Assembly: GCA_041389965.1 (NCBI GenBank)
Contig: JAWKQV010000015.1
Span: 111,041-175,040 of the forward strand
Direction: 5' to 3'
From: Kofleriaceae bacterium
GTDB lineage: Bacteria > Myxococcota_A > Polyangia > Haliangiales > Haliangiaceae
Length of the DNA: 64,000 nucleotides
Both the position numbers and the translations under genes were made by a program. The notes under the pieces were generated by a model. The model was not told the origin of the DNA. It did not search any database and saw only the letters and a list, made by a program, of their open reading frames with translations. Below, piece after piece: positions 1 to 9,715 of the stretch. The first letter of the stretch is position 1. Every line of letters starts with the position of its first letter.

Positions 1-317
1 GGAGGCCGCCACGGCTTGCGCACCACGTAGTGGACACCGCCGCTGTTGACCGCCGCGGTCACCGTGTCGGCGTCGGCGTAGCCGCTTACCAGCACCCGGC
101 GCACGTCGGGCCGCAGCTGCGCTGCCTGGGCCAGCAGCTCGACGCCGTTGCACCCTGGCATCCGGTAGTCGACCATCAGCACCGCGACGTCGGGCCGGGC
201 CGCGAGCACGGCCAGCGCCGCGCTCGGCAACGCCTCGGTGATGACCTCGAATCGCTTGCGCAGCGCCCGGTCGAGCAGGTCGAGGTTGTGGGGTTCGTCG
301 TCGACACACAGCACCAC
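1..317 (-). CDS. Response regulator receiver-domain protein (partial; 3' end continues beyond window start)
   Basis: Reverse-strand translation reads ...PVVLCVDDEPHNLDLLDRALRKRFEVITEALPSAALAVLAARPDVAVLMVDYRMPGCNGVELLAQAAQLRPDVRRVLVSGYADADTVTAAVNSGGVHYVVRKPW..., a typical CheY-like receiver (DDxP, Asp phospho-acceptor context, S/T and K regions). It is not in the ORF track because the frame has no ATG; the likely start is GTG at VVLC and no stop lies in the window. An in-frame TAA lies upstream at about 390. Confidence 0.6.
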   Translation of the reverse strand, partial: MVLCVDDEPHNLDLLDRALRKRFEVITEALPSAALAVLAARPDVAVLMVDYRMPGCNGVELLAQAAQLRPDVRRVLVSGYADADTVTAAVNSGGVHYVVRKPWRP

Positions 318-565
318 CGGTCGCGGCGCGGTGGCGCTGGGCTCGGGCGCGCCGTCAGGCGTCGCGCGGGTATCGTCGAGTACGGCCAATGTGAGCGACC
401 ATTATGCGGACGCCGGGCGCGGCAGCGCAAGCGCAGATCACCCGCGGCGTGTGGCTCGGGACGTTTCCGAGCCCGCGGCGTCGCCGTCGCACCGTCGCGC
501 CGCCGAGATCGATGCGCGCCGACGGCAGCGCCGCGGTGGATTCTGTTACGCTGGTCGGGAGGGCC

Positions 566-1548
<983 letters not shown>

Positions 1549-1552
<4 letters not shown>

Positions 1553-2040
1553 CCGCGCGCGCGGCCTTCACCATCGAGGTCACCGCCGCCGGCGCTGGCG
1601 ACGCGGTCGACCGGGTCGCGATCGGCGGGATCATCGACGAGAACGCCGACCTGGCGCCGCTGACCGCGCTGGGCCAGCGGCCGATCGAGGTGTCGATGCG
1701 CGGCGTCCGCCGCATCAACTCGTTCGGGGTGCGCGCGTGGATCGACGCGGTCCGCAAGGTGCCGACGGCCACGCCGCTCAGGTTCGTGCAGTGCCCACCG
1801 CCGGTGGTCGACCAGTGCAACATGGTCGCCGGGTTCCTCGGCCACGGGGTGCTGGTGTCGTTCTTCGCGCCGATGGTGTGCGCGGAGTGCGACGAGCAGC
1901 TCGACCAGCTGTTCGAGACCGCGGCGTGCCGCGCCAACGGCGGGAAGCTGCCGCCCACGCCGTGCCCTCGGTGCGGACGGGCGATGGAGGTCGACGACCT
2001 CGAAGAGCAGTACCTGCTGTTCGTCCGCGAAGCGCGCTGA
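1549..2040 (+). CDS. STAS-domain protein (anti-sigma-factor antagonist-like) with C-terminal Cys-rich zinc-ribbon-like tail
   Basis: GTG at 1549 overlaps the upstream TGA (GTGA coupling) and is in frame with ORF 979..2040. The STAS-like core is [30 protein letters not shown]...[14 protein letters not shown]. The C-terminal tail reads C..C..CAEC..C..CPRC. Confidence 0.55.
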
Positions 2041-2173
2041 TCGGCGCCGCCGGTGGCGAGCGTGGCCCGGCCGGTCGGACCGCGGTCGGCACGGCACGCC
2101 GGGCACACTGGGGCCGCGCGACCCTATCCCCCTCCGCCGGATCGAAGGGTCGACCCGACAACTCCGGTTCGGC

Positions 2174-2188
2174 GCAGCCTCAGGCTGC
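2174..2188 (+). terminator. Putative GC hairpin downstream of STAS gene (GCAGCC-TCA-GGCTGC)
   Basis: Perfect 6-bp inverted repeat with a 3-nt loop, about 135 nt after the stop at 2040. There is no U-tract, as is common in high-GC genomes. Confidence 0.25.
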
Positions 2189-2259
2189 CAGACGCCTCCG
2201 TGATCGCAGCGTGTTGCGCGTCGTCGTCGGCTGGCCCGCCGTGTGCTTTGCCTCGCCCC

Positions 2260-3702
2260 GTGACTCGCATCTTCCCTCCTCGGAGTCGACCTGCCCGGTC
2301 GGGTGCGCTCGTCCTGGCCCTCGCCACCACCGCCGCCTGCGGCGGTGATGTCGGAGATGAACGGGTCGGCACCGACATCGCGCACCTCCAGCCTGCGCTC
2401 ACCTGCGTGCCGCGTGGCACCGCCCGGCCGGCCGGTGTCACACCCGACGGCGAGCTGTGGATGGTCGGCCCCGGGCAGACCTCGGTGATCGATCTCGACG
2501 GCACCACCGTCGAGGCCCCGTGGGCGCTCGACGACGCCTCGGTGGTGCAGCCGTGGTCGACGCTGACCGCCGCCGCCATCGTCGACGGCGAGGTGTGGAC
2601 CGTGAGCGAGGGCGTCCGCGAGTACGTCCCGACGCCGACCGCCCTGGGCGCGACCGGCGCGCTGTGCGGGTTTCCGTCGGCGCAGCACGGCGCGTTCGTC
2701 GCCACCGCGGGCGGACTGATCGAGCGCTCGTCCGGGCTGTGGTGGCAGTGGACCCCGTCATCCTCGACCAGCTTCGGCACGGTCAAGGACCTGGCGCGCA
2801 TCGACGGCGCGTGCACCGCCGCCGACGGCGCGGTGTGGATGACCAACCAGGACGGCGCGCTGTGGCGGATCACCCGCGAGGCGGCCGAGATCGTGGCCGG
2901 CGCCACCGCGCCGATCAGCGAGGTCGCCATCGTCCCCGGCGAGGGCGCCGCGGTGCGCACCGGCGGCGAGCTGTCGCTCGGTCTGCCGTGGCGCGCCGTG
3001 GTGTTCGACGCCGGCCCGGTCGAGCGGATCGCCAGCGGCGGCGGCCGGCTGTGGGTGGTCGCCGGTGGGATCACCTTCGTACGCACCGCCGGCGCGTGGG
3101 CCATCGTCGACGGCCTGGCCGCGGCGCCGGCCGAGATCTTCCCCGACGCGGCCGGCGCCGCGTGGTTGGCGGTGGGGGATCAGCTGTGCCGCGCCGCCAC
3201 CGATCGCACGGTGCGGGTCGACGGCCTGCTGCCCTTCGAGCAGCGCGTCGCGCCCCTGGCCCAGCTGCGCGTGGTGCCCACCAGCGACGAGACCGAGGTC
3301 ACGATCGATCGCGACGGCGCCACGGTGGCGACCGCGCCGGTGGTCGACGGCGTCGCGACCTTGTCCGACGTCGACCTCGGCGGCGGCGGGTGGCACCAGC
3401 TGACCGTCAAGGCCGGGGCATCGGCGCGCCTGCTCGAGTACAACCTGCTGCAGATCTCGGATCGCACCTGGACCACCGACATCCAGCCGATCTTCGAGGC
3501 CAACTGCGGCGGCACCCGCTGCCACGGGCCGGCGCCGGTGGCCGGCCAGATCGATCTCAGCACCTACGACGGCTGGCGCAGCAAGGCCAGCCGGGTCCGC
3601 GAGCGCCTGCTGGCCGGCACCATGCCGCCCAGCGGGCCGCGCCTCGACAGCGCGACCGTCGACATCGTCCTCGATTGGATCGAAGGAGGCCTCCAGCCAT
3701 GA
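2260..3702 (+). CDS. Lipoprotein with C-terminal planctomycete-cytochrome-like (PSCyt1-like) domain carrying a non-canonical C-X4-CH motif
   Basis: GTG at 2260 is in frame with ORF 2053..3702. The N-terminus MTRIFPPRSRPARSGALVLALATTAACGG is a Lol-type lipoprotein signal with lipobox. The C-terminus IQPIFEANCGGTRCHGP...LAGTMPPSG resembles the PSCyt1 (C..CH ... MPP) signature, but with 4 residues between the cysteines. Confidence 0.6.
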   Translation: MTRIFPPRSRPARSGALVLALATTAACGGDVGDERVGTDIAHLQPALTCVPRGTARPAGVTPDGELWMVGPGQTSVIDLDGTTVEAPWALDDASVVQPWSTLTAAAIVDGEVWTVSEGVREYVPTPTALGATGALCGFPSAQHGAFVATAGGLIERSSGLWWQWTPSSSTSFGTVKDLARIDGACTAADGAVWMTNQDGALWRITREAAEIVAGATAPISEVAIVPGEGAAVRTGGELSLGLPWRAVVFDAGPVERIASGGGRLWVVAGGITFVRTAGAWAIVDGLAAAPAEIFPDAAGAAWLAVGDQLCRAATDRTVRVDGLLPFEQRVAPLAQLRVVPTSDETEVTIDRDGATVATAPVVDGVATLSDVDLGGGGWHQLTVKAGASARLLEYNLLQISDRTWTTDIQPIFEANCGGTRCHGPAPVAGQIDLSTYDGWRSKASRVRERLLAGTMPPSGPRLDSATVDIVLDWIEGGLQP

Positions 3703-4280
3703 ACATCCGTCCCTTGTTGGTCGTGGTCGCCCTCGCCGGGTGCGCCAGCGATGCCTCCGATCCGCCGCCGGGGCGCGATCCCATCGGCCCCACCGATCCC
3801 GCTCCCGGGCGGCGGGTCCGCCGCCTCACCGCCGACCAGTTCGAGCGGTCGCTGGAGATCGCCACCGGCCAGGCTTGGAGCAAGTTCGGCACCTACGCCG
3901 AGGCGCTCGGCCGGCCCGACTTCGGCGAGCTGACCGAGGAGGGCACCGACCTGTCGGTGACGTTCGACAAGCTGGTCCACGACGCCTCGCGCGAGGCCTG
4001 CGGCAAGGCGGTCGACCGCGACCGCACGACCGGCGACACCGTCATCCTCCGCGAGGTCGTGGCGTCGGACCGCGACCACGCCAAGTACGTCGCCAACCTC
4101 AAGTACCTGACCATGCGCTTCCTGGGCGTGGAGGTCGAGGCCGACGACGACGCCCGGCTGGCGCCGTGGCTGGGCCTGCTCGAGGCCGAGCCGGTGCCGA
4201 CCACCGACGTGGCCATGGCGACCCGCTGGAAGGCGGTGTGCGTCGGCCTGGTCACTCACCCCGACTTCCTCACCTACTAG
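3699..4280 (+). CDS. Small lipoprotein of unknown function
   Basis: ATG at 3699 overlaps the upstream stop (ATGA) and follows GGAGG. The N-terminus is MNIRPLLVVVALAGCAS (lipobox). It is in frame with the tail of ORF 2457..4280, whose N-terminal part is Arg-rich junk. Confidence 0.6.
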   Translation: MNIRPLLVVVALAGCASDASDPPPGRDPIGPTDPAPGRRVRRLTADQFERSLEIATGQAWSKFGTYAEALGRPDFGELTEEGTDLSVTFDKLVHDASREACGKAVDRDRTTGDTVILREVVASDRDHAKYVANLKYLTMRFLGVEVEADDDARLAPWLGLLEAEPVPTTDVAMATRWKAVCVGLVTHPDFLTY

Positions 4281-4290
4281 GAGCGCGACC

Positions 4291-5646
4291 ATGACGCGAA
4301 CTCTCTTGAGCCGGCGCTTCTTCATGATGGGCACCAGCCTGGGCCTGGGCCTGGCGGTGACCGGGCTGCGCCGGGTGGGCGGCGCGGCCGCGGCCAGCAC
4401 CGCTGACGAGGTGCGCTTCATCCACGTCTACCTGAACGGCGCGTGGGACACCACGCTCGGCGCCGACCCCCGCGACCCGGCCGGCACCTACGCCGGCATC
4501 GACCTCGGCACCAACCTGCTGGCGCCCGAGTTCCGCGATCCCACCCCGGCGACCATCGGCGGCCAGCCCACGCTGTGGGGCCCCACCATGGCGGCGCTGG
4601 TGCCGCACGCCGACAAGGCCACGGTCTTTCGCGGCGTCAACATGAACACCGTGGCCCACGCCACCGGCCGCGCCTACGTCAACTCGTTCCAGCCACCGTC
4701 GGGCACCGTGACCCGCGGCAGCTCGATCGCCACGGCGGCGGCCGGCATCGGCGACCTCGACGAGAACCTGATCCTGCCCAACGTCACGGTCGGGCTCCCC
4801 AGCTACAACACGGCCTTCTCGAACGAGGTGACCGCGGTGTCGCTGCGGCGCGCGTCCGAGGTGCAGGGGTTGCTCAAGCCGATCACCGCGCAGTACGACG
4901 CCGACACCGAGGGTCTCCTGGCCACCGCCCAGGATCAGGCCCGGTCCTGCGTGTCGGATCACTACCCAGGCCCGCGCCCGGCCGAGCAGCTGGCGTCGAG
5001 CCGCGCCCGCCTGCGCCGGCTCCTGGCCAGCAACCTGTCGGCCGACTTCGACTTCGGCTCGGCGACCTCGGCCGACATGGCCGCGGTCAGGGCCCGCTTC
5101 GGCTTCCCGGCCGACGCCATCACCCGCGACCCGCTCAACGTCGGCATGACCGCGGCCCTGGCGGCCCAGCTGCTCCGGGTCGGCGTCAGCCGGTCGGTGA
5201 CCATCAGCATGACGCCCAGCCTCGACACCCACGGCCCCGAGTGGGCCACCACCCAGCCGACCCGGCAGAAGGCCGCGCTCGACGCGGTGGGCGCGCTCCT
5301 GGCCGACATCCGCGAGGGCGACGACCCCAACCTCGACCGGACGTTGGTGGTGGTGTCGTCGGAGTTCGCCCGCACCGGCAAGCTCAACGGCCGCGGCGGC
5401 CGCGACCACAACTTCTCGAACTCGATCCTGGTGTTCGGCAGCGCGCTCAAGCCGGGCGTGTTCGGCGCGACCCGTGACGACAACTACGGGCTCGAGCAGA
5501 TCGATCTGGCCACCGGCCAGCCGTCCACCAGCGGCACCGTGCTGCTGCCGCAGCACATCGGCGCCACCGTCATCTCGGCCCTCGGCGGCGACCACGCGCC
5601 GTTCCGGGTCTCGCCGATCAACGCGCTCATCCCGGGGAGGTCGTGA
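4291..5646 (+). CDS. DUF1501 family protein (Tat-signal, sulfatase-like fold)
   Basis: Twin-arginine signal LSRRFFMMGTSLGLGLAV. The C-terminal signature VVVSSEFARTGKLNGRGGRDHN is typical of DUF1501 (SEFGRT...GRDH). It sits adjacent to a DUF1549/DUF1553 gene, as is usual. Confidence 0.75.
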   Translation: MTRTLLSRRFFMMGTSLGLGLAVTGLRRVGGAAAASTADEVRFIHVYLNGAWDTTLGADPRDPAGTYAGIDLGTNLLAPEFRDPTPATIGGQPTLWGPTMAALVPHADKATVFRGVNMNTVAHATGRAYVNSFQPPSGTVTRGSSIATAAAGIGDLDENLILPNVTVGLPSYNTAFSNEVTAVSLRRASEVQGLLKPITAQYDADTEGLLATAQDQARSCVSDHYPGPRPAEQLASSRARLRRLLASNLSADFDFGSATSADMAAVRARFGFPADAITRDPLNVGMTAALAAQLLRVGVSRSVTISMTPSLDTHGPEWATTQPTRQKAALDAVGALLADIREGDDPNLDRTLVVVSSEFARTGKLNGRGGRDHNFSNSILVFGSALKPGVFGATRDDNYGLEQIDLATGQPSTSGTVLLPQHIGATVISALGGDHAPFRVSPINALIPGRS

Positions 5647-7271
5647 TGCGTCGCCTCGTGCTCGTCTCCATGCTGGCCGGCCTGGCCGGCCCCTCGCTCG
5701 CCCACGCCGCCTCGCCCGAGGCGTGCGCGCCCGACGCCGCGCCCGACAAGTACCGGATGCTGCGCCAGGTCACCCTCGATCTGTGGGGCCGCATCCCCAC
5801 CTACGACGAGTACCGCGCGCTCGACGATCAGGCCGAGCTCACCGGCGCCGCCATCGACGCGATGTTCACGTCGGAGGAGTACTTCGCCCAGCTCCGGTCG
5901 TACTTCCGCCACCTGATCTGGGGCGGCCTGCCCGACGACTTCGGCGTCACCGGCAGCCAGCGCCGCATGACCCGCCAGGCCACGACCAACCTGTACTTCG
6001 TCGGCAACCTGCGCTCGACGTTCCGCGGCCGGGCCGACGTCACCTGCCTGGACCAGGCGCAGACCAGCTTCGACGCCGACGGCCGGCCGGTGCCGATCTC
6101 TACGTTCGTCGATCCGACCTGCAGCGGCGCCACCCACACCTGCAAGCAGGAGGGGTACGTCATGGTGACGCCGTACTGGAGCGCCACGCCGCTCAAGGTG
6201 TGCGCCTACGACGCCCAGGCCCTGGCGGTCGGGGTCGGCGCCGGCAGCCCGACCTGCACCCCCTACACCATCGACGCCGGCTGCGGCTGTGGCCCCAACC
6301 TGCGCAACTGCACGCCCGGCATCGGCGACGCCAACCACACCGCGATCCGCGACGCCCTGGCCGAGGAGTCGACCCGGATCTTCGACGCGGTGGTCCGGTC
6401 GGGGCGGTCGTACTTCGACACGTTCACGACCCGCGAGACCTACGTCAACGGGCCGCTGGTCCAGTTCTACAAGAACCTGGCCGGCGCCGACATCAAGATC
6501 GAGCAGGGCGGCGCTGTCGGCTACGACCCGCTGATGCCGGCTGCGCTGCCGACGCTGGCGTTCGGCGACGTCGACACCTGGGTGCCGGTCACCCGCCCCG
6601 AGGGCCACGCCGGCGTCCTGACCACCGCCGGGTTCCAGCTGCGGCTGGGCTCGAACCGCGGCCGGGTCAACCGCTGGTACAGCGCGTTCCGGTGCGAGCC
6701 GTTCGTGCCGCCGGCCGGCGGCTTGCCGGCCGACACCGGCGGCGAGCCCGACCCCAACCTACGCACGCGCAACGGCTGCGCGGGCTGTCACAACACCATC
6801 GAGCCGGCCGCCGCGCACTTCGCGCGCTGGCGCACCCAGGGGCAGTTCGGCTTCTTCCCGCCGACGGTGGTGAACGCGTCGGGGCCGCACGCCGGGTGTA
6901 GCACCGGATGTACGTCCGGCGCGTGCAAGTCGTTCTGCGACGCGTACTTCATCACGACCCGCAACTCGACCGCTCAGCAGCAGGCCGACTACATGAGCTG
7001 GCCCCAGGCGAGCCTGTACCTCGACGCCGCCGAGACCGCCGCGATCGACCGCGGCCCGGCCGGCTTGGTCGATGACGCCGACGAGCAGGCCAAGGTCGCG
7101 TCGTGCGCGGTGCGCACCCTGAGCGAGCAGCTGCTGGGCCGCGACCTCACGCCCGACGAGACGCTCAAGTGGCTGCCCGAGGCGACCGCGACCTTCGCGG
7201 CGTCCGGCTACAAGTTCACGTCGCTGTACCGCGCGCTGCTCGACCTGCCGCAGTACCGGCAGACCCGCTGA
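5643..7271 (+). CDS. DUF1549/DUF1553-type secreted protein with CxxCH (c-type haem-binding-like) motif
   Basis: Signal peptide MMRRLVLVSMLAGLAGPSLAHA. LRQVTLDLWGRIPTYDEYRAL matches the DUF1549 (PSCyt2) LDL.G.PPT motif. It also has NGCAGCHNTIEP (CxxCH). Its start overlaps the DUF1501 stop. Confidence 0.7.
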   Translation: MMRRLVLVSMLAGLAGPSLAHAASPEACAPDAAPDKYRMLRQVTLDLWGRIPTYDEYRALDDQAELTGAAIDAMFTSEEYFAQLRSYFRHLIWGGLPDDFGVTGSQRRMTRQATTNLYFVGNLRSTFRGRADVTCLDQAQTSFDADGRPVPISTFVDPTCSGATHTCKQEGYVMVTPYWSATPLKVCAYDAQALAVGVGAGSPTCTPYTIDAGCGCGPNLRNCTPGIGDANHTAIRDALAEESTRIFDAVVRSGRSYFDTFTTRETYVNGPLVQFYKNLAGADIKIEQGGAVGYDPLMPAALPTLAFGDVDTWVPVTRPEGHAGVLTTAGFQLRLGSNRGRVNRWYSAFRCEPFVPPAGGLPADTGGEPDPNLRTRNGCAGCHNTIEPAAAHFARWRTQGQFGFFPPTVVNASGPHAGCSTGCTSGACKSFCDAYFITTRNSTAQQQADYMSWPQASLYLDAAETAAIDRGPAGLVDDADEQAKVASCAVRTLSEQLLGRDLTPDETLKWLPEATATFAASGYKFTSLYRALLDLPQYRQTR

Positions 7272-7295
7272 CCGGCGTGCCGCGCGGCGCCGGCG

Positions 7296-8423
7296 TCACA
7301 GCCCGAGGAGGGTGAGCCCGGCGACGCGCTCGACCAACCACACCGCGCCGAGCCCGGCCAGGACCGCGCCGACGGCCGGCAGCGCCCACCGCCGGTAGCG
7401 CGCAGCACCCAGCGCGCGGGCGGCCAGCCACGCGGTGGGCAGCGCCACGCCGACCACCGCCAGCTGGGCTAGCTCGACGCCGACGTTGAACGCCACCAGC
7501 GGCACCAGCGCGGCGTCGCGGGGCAAGAGCGGCGCCAGCATGCGGGCGAAGCCCAGGCCGTGCATCAACCCGAAGGTGAACGCCACCGGCCACCGCGCCG
7601 CCCGCTCGGGTCGCGCCACCGCGGCGACCGCGGTCCACACGATCGAGCCGGCGATGCCGACCTCGACCAGCCGGGCCGGCAGGCTGACCCAGCCGAGGGC
7701 GGCGGCGATGAGCGTCAGGGAGTGGGCGACGGTGAACGCCGACACCGTGGTCGCCGTGGTGCGCAGCGCCGCCGGCAAGCCGCGGCGTCGCCAGCCGTCG
7801 CCGGCCGGCGCGATGACGATGGCGATGAGCAGCGCCAGCACGAACGCGACGTGGTCGAGCCCGGTGGCCACGTGGTGGACGCCGGCGCGGACGAACGCCA
7901 CCACGTCCGACGGCGGGGGCTGGCCCAGGTCCCACACGAAGCGCGCGGCCTCGGCCACCAGGATGGTGTCGGCCGGCTCCTGGCCCGGCACCGTCACCTG
8001 CAGCGCGGCCTGGTGGGCCGGGTCGAGGTCGAAGAACAGCTGGTACTCGATGGTCAGCTGGGCGATCGGCCGGGCGCAGCGGGCCCGCCACGCGACCACC
8101 GCGCCGTCGCTGTTGGGGTCCGGGCCGGCTTGGACCTCGACCGGCGCGCACGGACCGGCCTCGCTGGCGATGCGGACGTGCGCCGTCACGTAGCGACCGA
8201 CGTCGGCCCAGGTCGTCGGGGTGAACGTCGCCGGCGTGGCCGCGACGTCGGCCGGCAGCCCGGCTGGCTCGGCCAGATCGGCCGCCGCGACCTCGATCTG
8301 GTAGTCGACCTCGTCGCCGACGACCGTCGCGCGGTTGTACGTCACCGAGGCCTGGTGGGCGGCGGCCGGCGTGGCCGCGACCATCAGGACCAGGCCGGCC
8401 AGCGCCACCGCGCGGCCGATCAT
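7296..8423 (-). CDS. HupE/UreJ family metal (Ni/Co-type) transporter-like membrane protein
   Basis: Internal start MIGRAVALAGLVLMVAATPAAAHQ (signal) within ORF 7296..8489. It has the conserved HHVATGLDHVAFVLALLIA (HupE/UreJ_2 GxDH) motif and multiple TM segments. Confidence 0.65.
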   Translation of the reverse strand: MIGRAVALAGLVLMVAATPAAAHQASVTYNRATVVGDEVDYQIEVAAADLAEPAGLPADVAATPATFTPTTWADVGRYVTAHVRIASEAGPCAPVEVQAGPDPNSDGAVVAWRARCARPIAQLTIEYQLFFDLDPAHQAALQVTVPGQEPADTILVAEAARFVWDLGQPPPSDVVAFVRAGVHHVATGLDHVAFVLALLIAIVIAPAGDGWRRRGLPAALRTTATTVSAFTVAHSLTLIAAALGWVSLPARLVEVGIAGSIVWTAVAAVARPERAARWPVAFTFGLMHGLGFARMLAPLLPRDAALVPLVAFNVGVELAQLAVVGVALPTAWLAARALGAARYRRWALPAVGAVLAGLGAVWLVERVAGLTLLGL

Positions 8424-9274
8424 ACGGCCCGGTAGTCGATCCGGAATTCTTGCAGCGCCGCCGGGGTGATGACGTACTGCCGGCCGCACCCGTCGCAGCG
8501 AACCTCGAGCGGGTCGCCCTCGAGCATGGCGTCGATCTCGGGGTCGGGCAGCGTCATGATGCTGGTCATGACCCGGGCCTCGCTGCAGGTGCAGCCGAAC
8601 GTCACCGGCGAGGTGGCCAGCTCCGCGTGCTCGAACCCGGCGAACACCACCTGGGCCAGGTCAGCGGCGGTGCGGCCGCGCCCCTCGAGCAAGAGCCCGA
8701 CTGGCTCGAGGCCACCCAGGTGGTCGGTCATCGCGTCGATGACCTCGCGGGTCGCCTCCGGCAGCAGCTGGACCACGTAGCCGCCCACCGCGCGCACGCC
8801 GCCCGGGCCGGGCAGCGCGGCGATCGCGACCATCGCCACGATCTGTTCGGACTGCTTGAAGTACCGCATCAGCGCGGTCGCCATGTCGTCCCCCTGCGGC
8901 ACCGCCACCACGCCTTGGTGGAGCGATCCGTTGAGCAGGGTGTAGTTCACCTGCAGGCGGTGATCGCCGGAGGTCTTGACCGCGGTGCTCTCGCCCGGGT
9001 TGACCAGGCCGCGGCACACGCCCTCGGGCATGGCGTCGGCGACGAGCGAACCGCCGTTGGCGTCGCGCCACACCAGCTGGACCCGCCGCGACGGCTGGGT
9101 GGTCTCGCGGACCAGGACGGCGGCGGCCAAGAGCTCGGCCAGGTGCAGGCCCAGGTCGTCGCCGGCGCCCTGGGCGGCCAGCGCGCCGCGCGCGGTGTCG
9201 GTCACGACGGCGGAGATCAGGCGGAAGGCGCCATCGAGAGTCATCGCGCGGACGACGCGGTCGGGCTCAGACAT
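8420..9274 (-). CDS. hslO: Hsp33 redox-regulated chaperone
   Basis: From Met72 of ORF 8420..9487 (MSEPDRVVRAMTLDGAFRLIS...) the length is about 284 aa. The C-terminal zinc centre reads FGCTCSEARV...EVRCDGCGRQY (CxC...CxxC), typical of Hsp33. The start is derived by residue counting from the ORF end. Confidence 0.8.
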   Translation of the reverse strand: MSEPDRVVRAMTLDGAFRLISAVVTDTARGALAAQGAGDDLGLHLAELLAAAVLVRETTQPSRRVQLVWRDANGGSLVADAMPEGVCRGLVNPGESTAVKTSGDHRLQVNYTLLNGSLHQGVVAVPQGDDMATALMRYFKQSEQIVAMVAIAALPGPGGVRAVGGYVVQLLPEATREVIDAMTDHLGGLEPVGLLLEGRGRTAADLAQVVFAGFEHAELATSPVTFGCTCSEARVMTSIMTLPDPEIDAMLEGDPLEVRCDGCGRQYVITPAALQEFRIDYRAV

Positions 9275-9600
9275 GGCCGGAGGATATGCGGCGCGGCCAC
9301 CGGCGCAACCTCGCGGGTCGGGTTCCGGTGCTTCGACGCGGCGCGGTGCGCAGGTCGTGCGCAGGTCGTGACGCCGTGTCACGGGCGCGCGCCGGCGCGA
9401 CGCACCCGCGGCGCGGTCCATGCGGCGGCCGGCTTGGCATCGCGCTTGTAACGGTGGGCGGCGTGTCGAGTAGGACCCACCGTGCACGCTCGCCTCGGCC
9501 CGACACGGTGGCGCGACCGGTGCTGGCCGAGGGCGCGATCGCGCCGGTTCGGATCGGCGCTTACCGTCGACGCTGGGGCTGTTCGTGCCGTCCCCGTCCG

Positions 9601-9715
9601 CCTACGAGACTTTCCTGTGGACGCCCGGTTGCAGTGAGGTCGCCAGACCCAGGTAGTTGTCCCCACCGGAGACTTTCTGTGCTACTCGATCGAGTGTCCC
9701 CACTGGAGACTTACG
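9601..9715. repeat. Three direct copies of GGAGACTT(T/A)C-containing motif (two 18-nt copies GTCCCCAC(C/T)GGAGACTT(T/A) 37 bp apart) immediately upstream of the hydrolase gene
   Basis: Read directly: ctacGAGACTTTCctgtgg (9605), GTCCCCACCGGAGACTTTc (9658..9677), GTCCCCACTGGAGACTTAc (9695..9714). The last copy supplies the SD (GGAG) for the ATG at 9716. Confidence 0.5.

Noticed and set aside
2457-3698. N-terminal 414 codons of ORF 2457..4280 (+)
   Set aside because: Pure poly-Arg/Gly/Asp composition (RRHHRRGPVGARRRLGG...). It overlaps the lipoprotein gene in another frame. Only the last 193 codons, from ATG 3699, form a plausible lipoprotein.
4270-5595. 441-aa reverse ORF opposite the DUF1501 gene
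   Set aside because: Low-complexity G/A/R-rich translation, antisense to a strongly supported gene.
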